From Euglena gracilis (Eukaryota), in NCBI GenBank assembly GCA_039621445.1, contig CP154954.1, forward strand, positions 42,902,632 through 42,966,631: 64,000 nt of DNA, read 5' to 3'. Of this stretch, positions 61,519-64,000 are shown piece by piece. The notes under the pieces are model-generated. The model saw only the letters and a program-made list of their open reading frames with translations, had not been told where the DNA came from and ran no database searches. Numbering within the stretch: the stretch's first letter is position 1; each line of letters opens with the position of its first letter. The translations under genes and the position numbers were made by a program.

Positions 61519-63811
61519 CACTCGTATATCTTATAGAATGTGTCAGTTTACCCCTGTCGGCAGCGACATCCCTGTGAGAGACCAGGGACAATGCGCCGCC
61601 AGCTGGGCTTTCGCCACTGTGGGGATGATGGAGTGGGTGCTGAAGATCAACACCGGTGTCACAAACAGCCAGGGATGCCACAGAAATTTGGGTGCCACCG
61701 CTGTTTCGTGTCTTTTCTCTTCCGGATGGAATTTGCTCCAGGGGGCATTTCTAAGTGAACAATGACGTGTCGGGATTGTTGGATGTTGGACCTCAATCAG
61801 TCACAGACACACGCATAAAACACACACACACACATACACACACACACACACACACTTAAAACACACACACACACACACACGTGCACACACTCACACAAGT
61901 GCAGACAGCATACATCTCTCTAAGGTTTTGCGAACCCCCCGGGGGGGGGGCGGCTGCAGCCAGCCCCAATTTGGGCCCAGCCCAGCCGCAGCAGCCCCCT
62001 CCCCCCGGGGGGGGGGGGTGCTGCCAGCCCTAGCTAGCCAGCCCCTTTTTTGGGGGGTCCAGCCCAATTTTTTTTTGAAAAACTGTGTTCAAAAGTGGCC
62101 AAAAATGGGGTTTGGGGGGCGTTTGGGCCATTTTTGGGGGGTTTCAGATGCATCATTTTTTCAAACCTGTGTTCTGCAGGACATTTTTGGGCATTTTTTC
62201 CGATTTCAGTCCAGCTCGCCTTGGTTCGGGTCCAGCTGGGGTCCACCCCCCCCCTGGGGGGGCGGGCTAGCCAGCCCAAATTTCTAGCCCTAGCCCAGCA
62301 ACCCCCCCCCCCCGGGTCCTTAAAGAGGTGTATGGCGGACAGAAGGCAGGCAAACCTGATCTGGGCCTCCCTGTGGTTGATCTGTCCGTGCAGCACCTCC
62401 TGTCTTGCCGGCCCAACCGAAAGCAGACGGCCCAAGGCAGTCCCGGAATTGTCGGGCGCAGCCTGGCCGATGAGTGCGCCCCCGATCACCCGGGGATGCG
62501 ACCCGGGGCCCCTTGCCGGGGACGGCTGCCGCGGGGGCTGGTTCACCCCGCAGATGCTGCTGCAGCCCGGGGCCATCGAGGACCGGCGCTTCCCGTACGC
62601 CGGCCGGGACGTCGACTGCGTGACCACCGACCTCTGCCCGGGTGGAGGGGACGCGGCGCTTGGGGAGTGTCTGTCCCTGGGGGAGAGGAGCCGGTCTGAA
62701 TGGACCCTCCGAGAAGTTTCAGCCGATGCCGAGCAACGTCTTGTTGCCCAGCAAAAAGAACCGCAAGTGAGCCAGCCATCCCCCCCAGGGTGTCAAGTGG
62801 GGGAGGGGAGGGGGGTCAGACCCCCTCCCCCCCTTCGGACCGAGGGGGGGGTCCAGGACCCCCCAGGAACCCCGGAGAGGCAGGGATAGATGGGAAGCCT
62901 TGAAGGGGGGGTCGGACACCCTCCCCCCTACCTCGAAACTGAAGGGGGCTGGGAAAGTTTTCGGTTTTGTGAACAGGCAAAGGCCCGAAACGCAGGCCAA
63001 AATTGGGCAAAAATCCCTGATTTTTTATTGAAACTAATTCCAAAAATGCCCATTTTTTGAAAAATTTTACCCACTTTTTTTCACGTAGAAAACACCAAAA
63101 CATCAAAGAATGCAATGGCAGGGGGGCCCAGACCCCCCCCTACCACCCACCTCAAAACCGAAGGGCTTCCCATCTCTCCCTGGGGAGGGGGTCCAGGCCC
63201 TCTCTCGGGGGGAGGGAGGGAGTCCAGGCCCCCCCTCCTCCCCGTTCACCTGATGCCCTGCCCCCCACCCCCTGCAACCCTCCCCCCGGCCCTGCCCGGT
63301 GGCCAAGGCGTTCGGCCACGAGTACATCCCCCTGCCCCCGCAGGAGGAGGGGCGGGTGCATGCCATCAAGCGCATCATTTGGAACGAGGGCCCGGTGGCG
63401 GCCGCAGTCCAGGGTTCGATACAAGGGGGGTGTATGGGGTTTAGGCTGCCCCCCACCCCCCCTCCTCTTGGACCGAGGTGTCCAGCCCCCCCCCCCCCCG
63501 CCTTGCAAGGGGTCCAGATTGACCGTGGAGGGTATCCGGGTCCCCCAAAAGGTCAATTTTCTCCTTCTGGCACTTTGCGCCCTTTTTTTTTGGAATTTGC
63601 CCAAAACGTGCCAAAATGGCACTTTTGGCTGACTTTGGGTGGCAAAATTTTCCGCCTGGCGTTTTGTGCCGGGCCAAAAATCGGTCACCCGGGCCATGCC
63701 ACTGTTTCGATGGGGGGGGTCCCTTCCCGTTCCATGAAGAGGGCTCCCCACCTGCCCTTATATTGAGCCCTGCCGCAGTCGCAGTGAACCGCGCCTTTCA
63801 GGCCTACACTG
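58949..63811 (+). CDS. Papain-family (C1A) paralogue with catalytic Cys replaced by Ser; runs off the window end
   Basis: Exons 58949-59011 (signal peptide MAGGHWLLATALLALCSPAVA), 59448-59519, 59664-59743, 60844-~60930 (LPEEFDW), 61562-61666 (VRDQGQCAASWAF), 62379-62429 (DLSVQHLLSC), 62521-62635 (GCRGGWF, FPY), 63294-63406 (GPVAAA), 63778-63811 (FQAYTG); aligns colinearly with the upstream protease. Confidence 0.92.
59520..59663 (+). other. 144-nt nonconventional intron with 11-bp TIR and 7/8 TSD
   Basis: CCGTGGGG[CGGGGCGTCGC...GCGACGCCCCG]CCGTGGGT; removal gives WTFAVGRNAAT, matching paralogue [11 protein letters not shown]. Confidence 0.88.
60432..60693. mobile_element. hAT-type MITE, 8-bp TSD
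   Basis: CAGGGGTTTTTTT / AAAAAAACCCCTG; TSD TTCCTGGG at 60424-60431 and 60694-60701. Confidence 0.88.
61230..61515. repeat. (TG)n-rich microsatellite
   Basis: Interrupted TG runs; a (CA)n tract follows at ~61820-61895. Confidence 0.9.
63407..63777 (+). other. Nonconventional intron with 18-bp imperfect TIR and perfect 8-bp TSD
   Basis: CCGCAGTC[CAGGGTTCGATACAAGGG...CCCTTATATTGAGCCCTG]CCGCAGTC; removal gives GPVAAAVAVNRAFQAYTG. Confidence 0.9.
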
Positions 63812-64000
63812 GCACAGAAGCTTCTTGCCCACACCGAAAACAAACTCGCGCGCACACACACATGCACAGGCAAAGTCTATCAGGTAAAACCCCCCAAGTG
63901 TAAAATCAGTTTCATATTTGGGCGGAAATTTCAAGACCCCCACGGGGGGTTTAATCATCTGTCCTTTTCCATTTTGTGCCTAGTAGTCCTCTTGTGTTGC

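Overview
Eukaryotic nuclear DNA, very probably from a euglenid (Euglena-like); this is inferred from the intron type. Three protein genes are split into small exons by mostly non-GT-AG introns. These introns have a stem starting at +4 (CAG or a variant) that pairs with CTG or a variant at -8..-6. The genes are: (1) a minus-strand hypothetical protein with a Cys-rich segment and a HAD-type DFDRT motif (~150-9240); (2) a papain-family (C1A) protease with intact Cys/His/Asn (~32790-43070, probably with further N- and C-terminal exons); (3) a tandem paralogue whose catalytic Cys codon is Ser (58949 to beyond the window end). Introns and the ~9-30 kb interval are packed with nested DNA transposons: hAT-type MITEs with CAG...CTG ends and 6-8 bp target-site duplications (TSDs), a Mutator-like element with a 9-bp TSD, TA-flanked pogo-type MITEs, a 2.5-2.7 kb element with a 5-bp TSD, and hAT and pogo transposase remnants. 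Main observation: several introns are themselves TIR elements between 8-bp direct repeats (perfect at 6694-7153 and 63402-63780). The +4/-8 splice geometry (3+5=8 nt) removes the element plus exactly one TSD copy, so hAT MITEs appear to act as intron generators. All splice junctions were deduced by eye from frame, homology and base pairing, not from transcripts.
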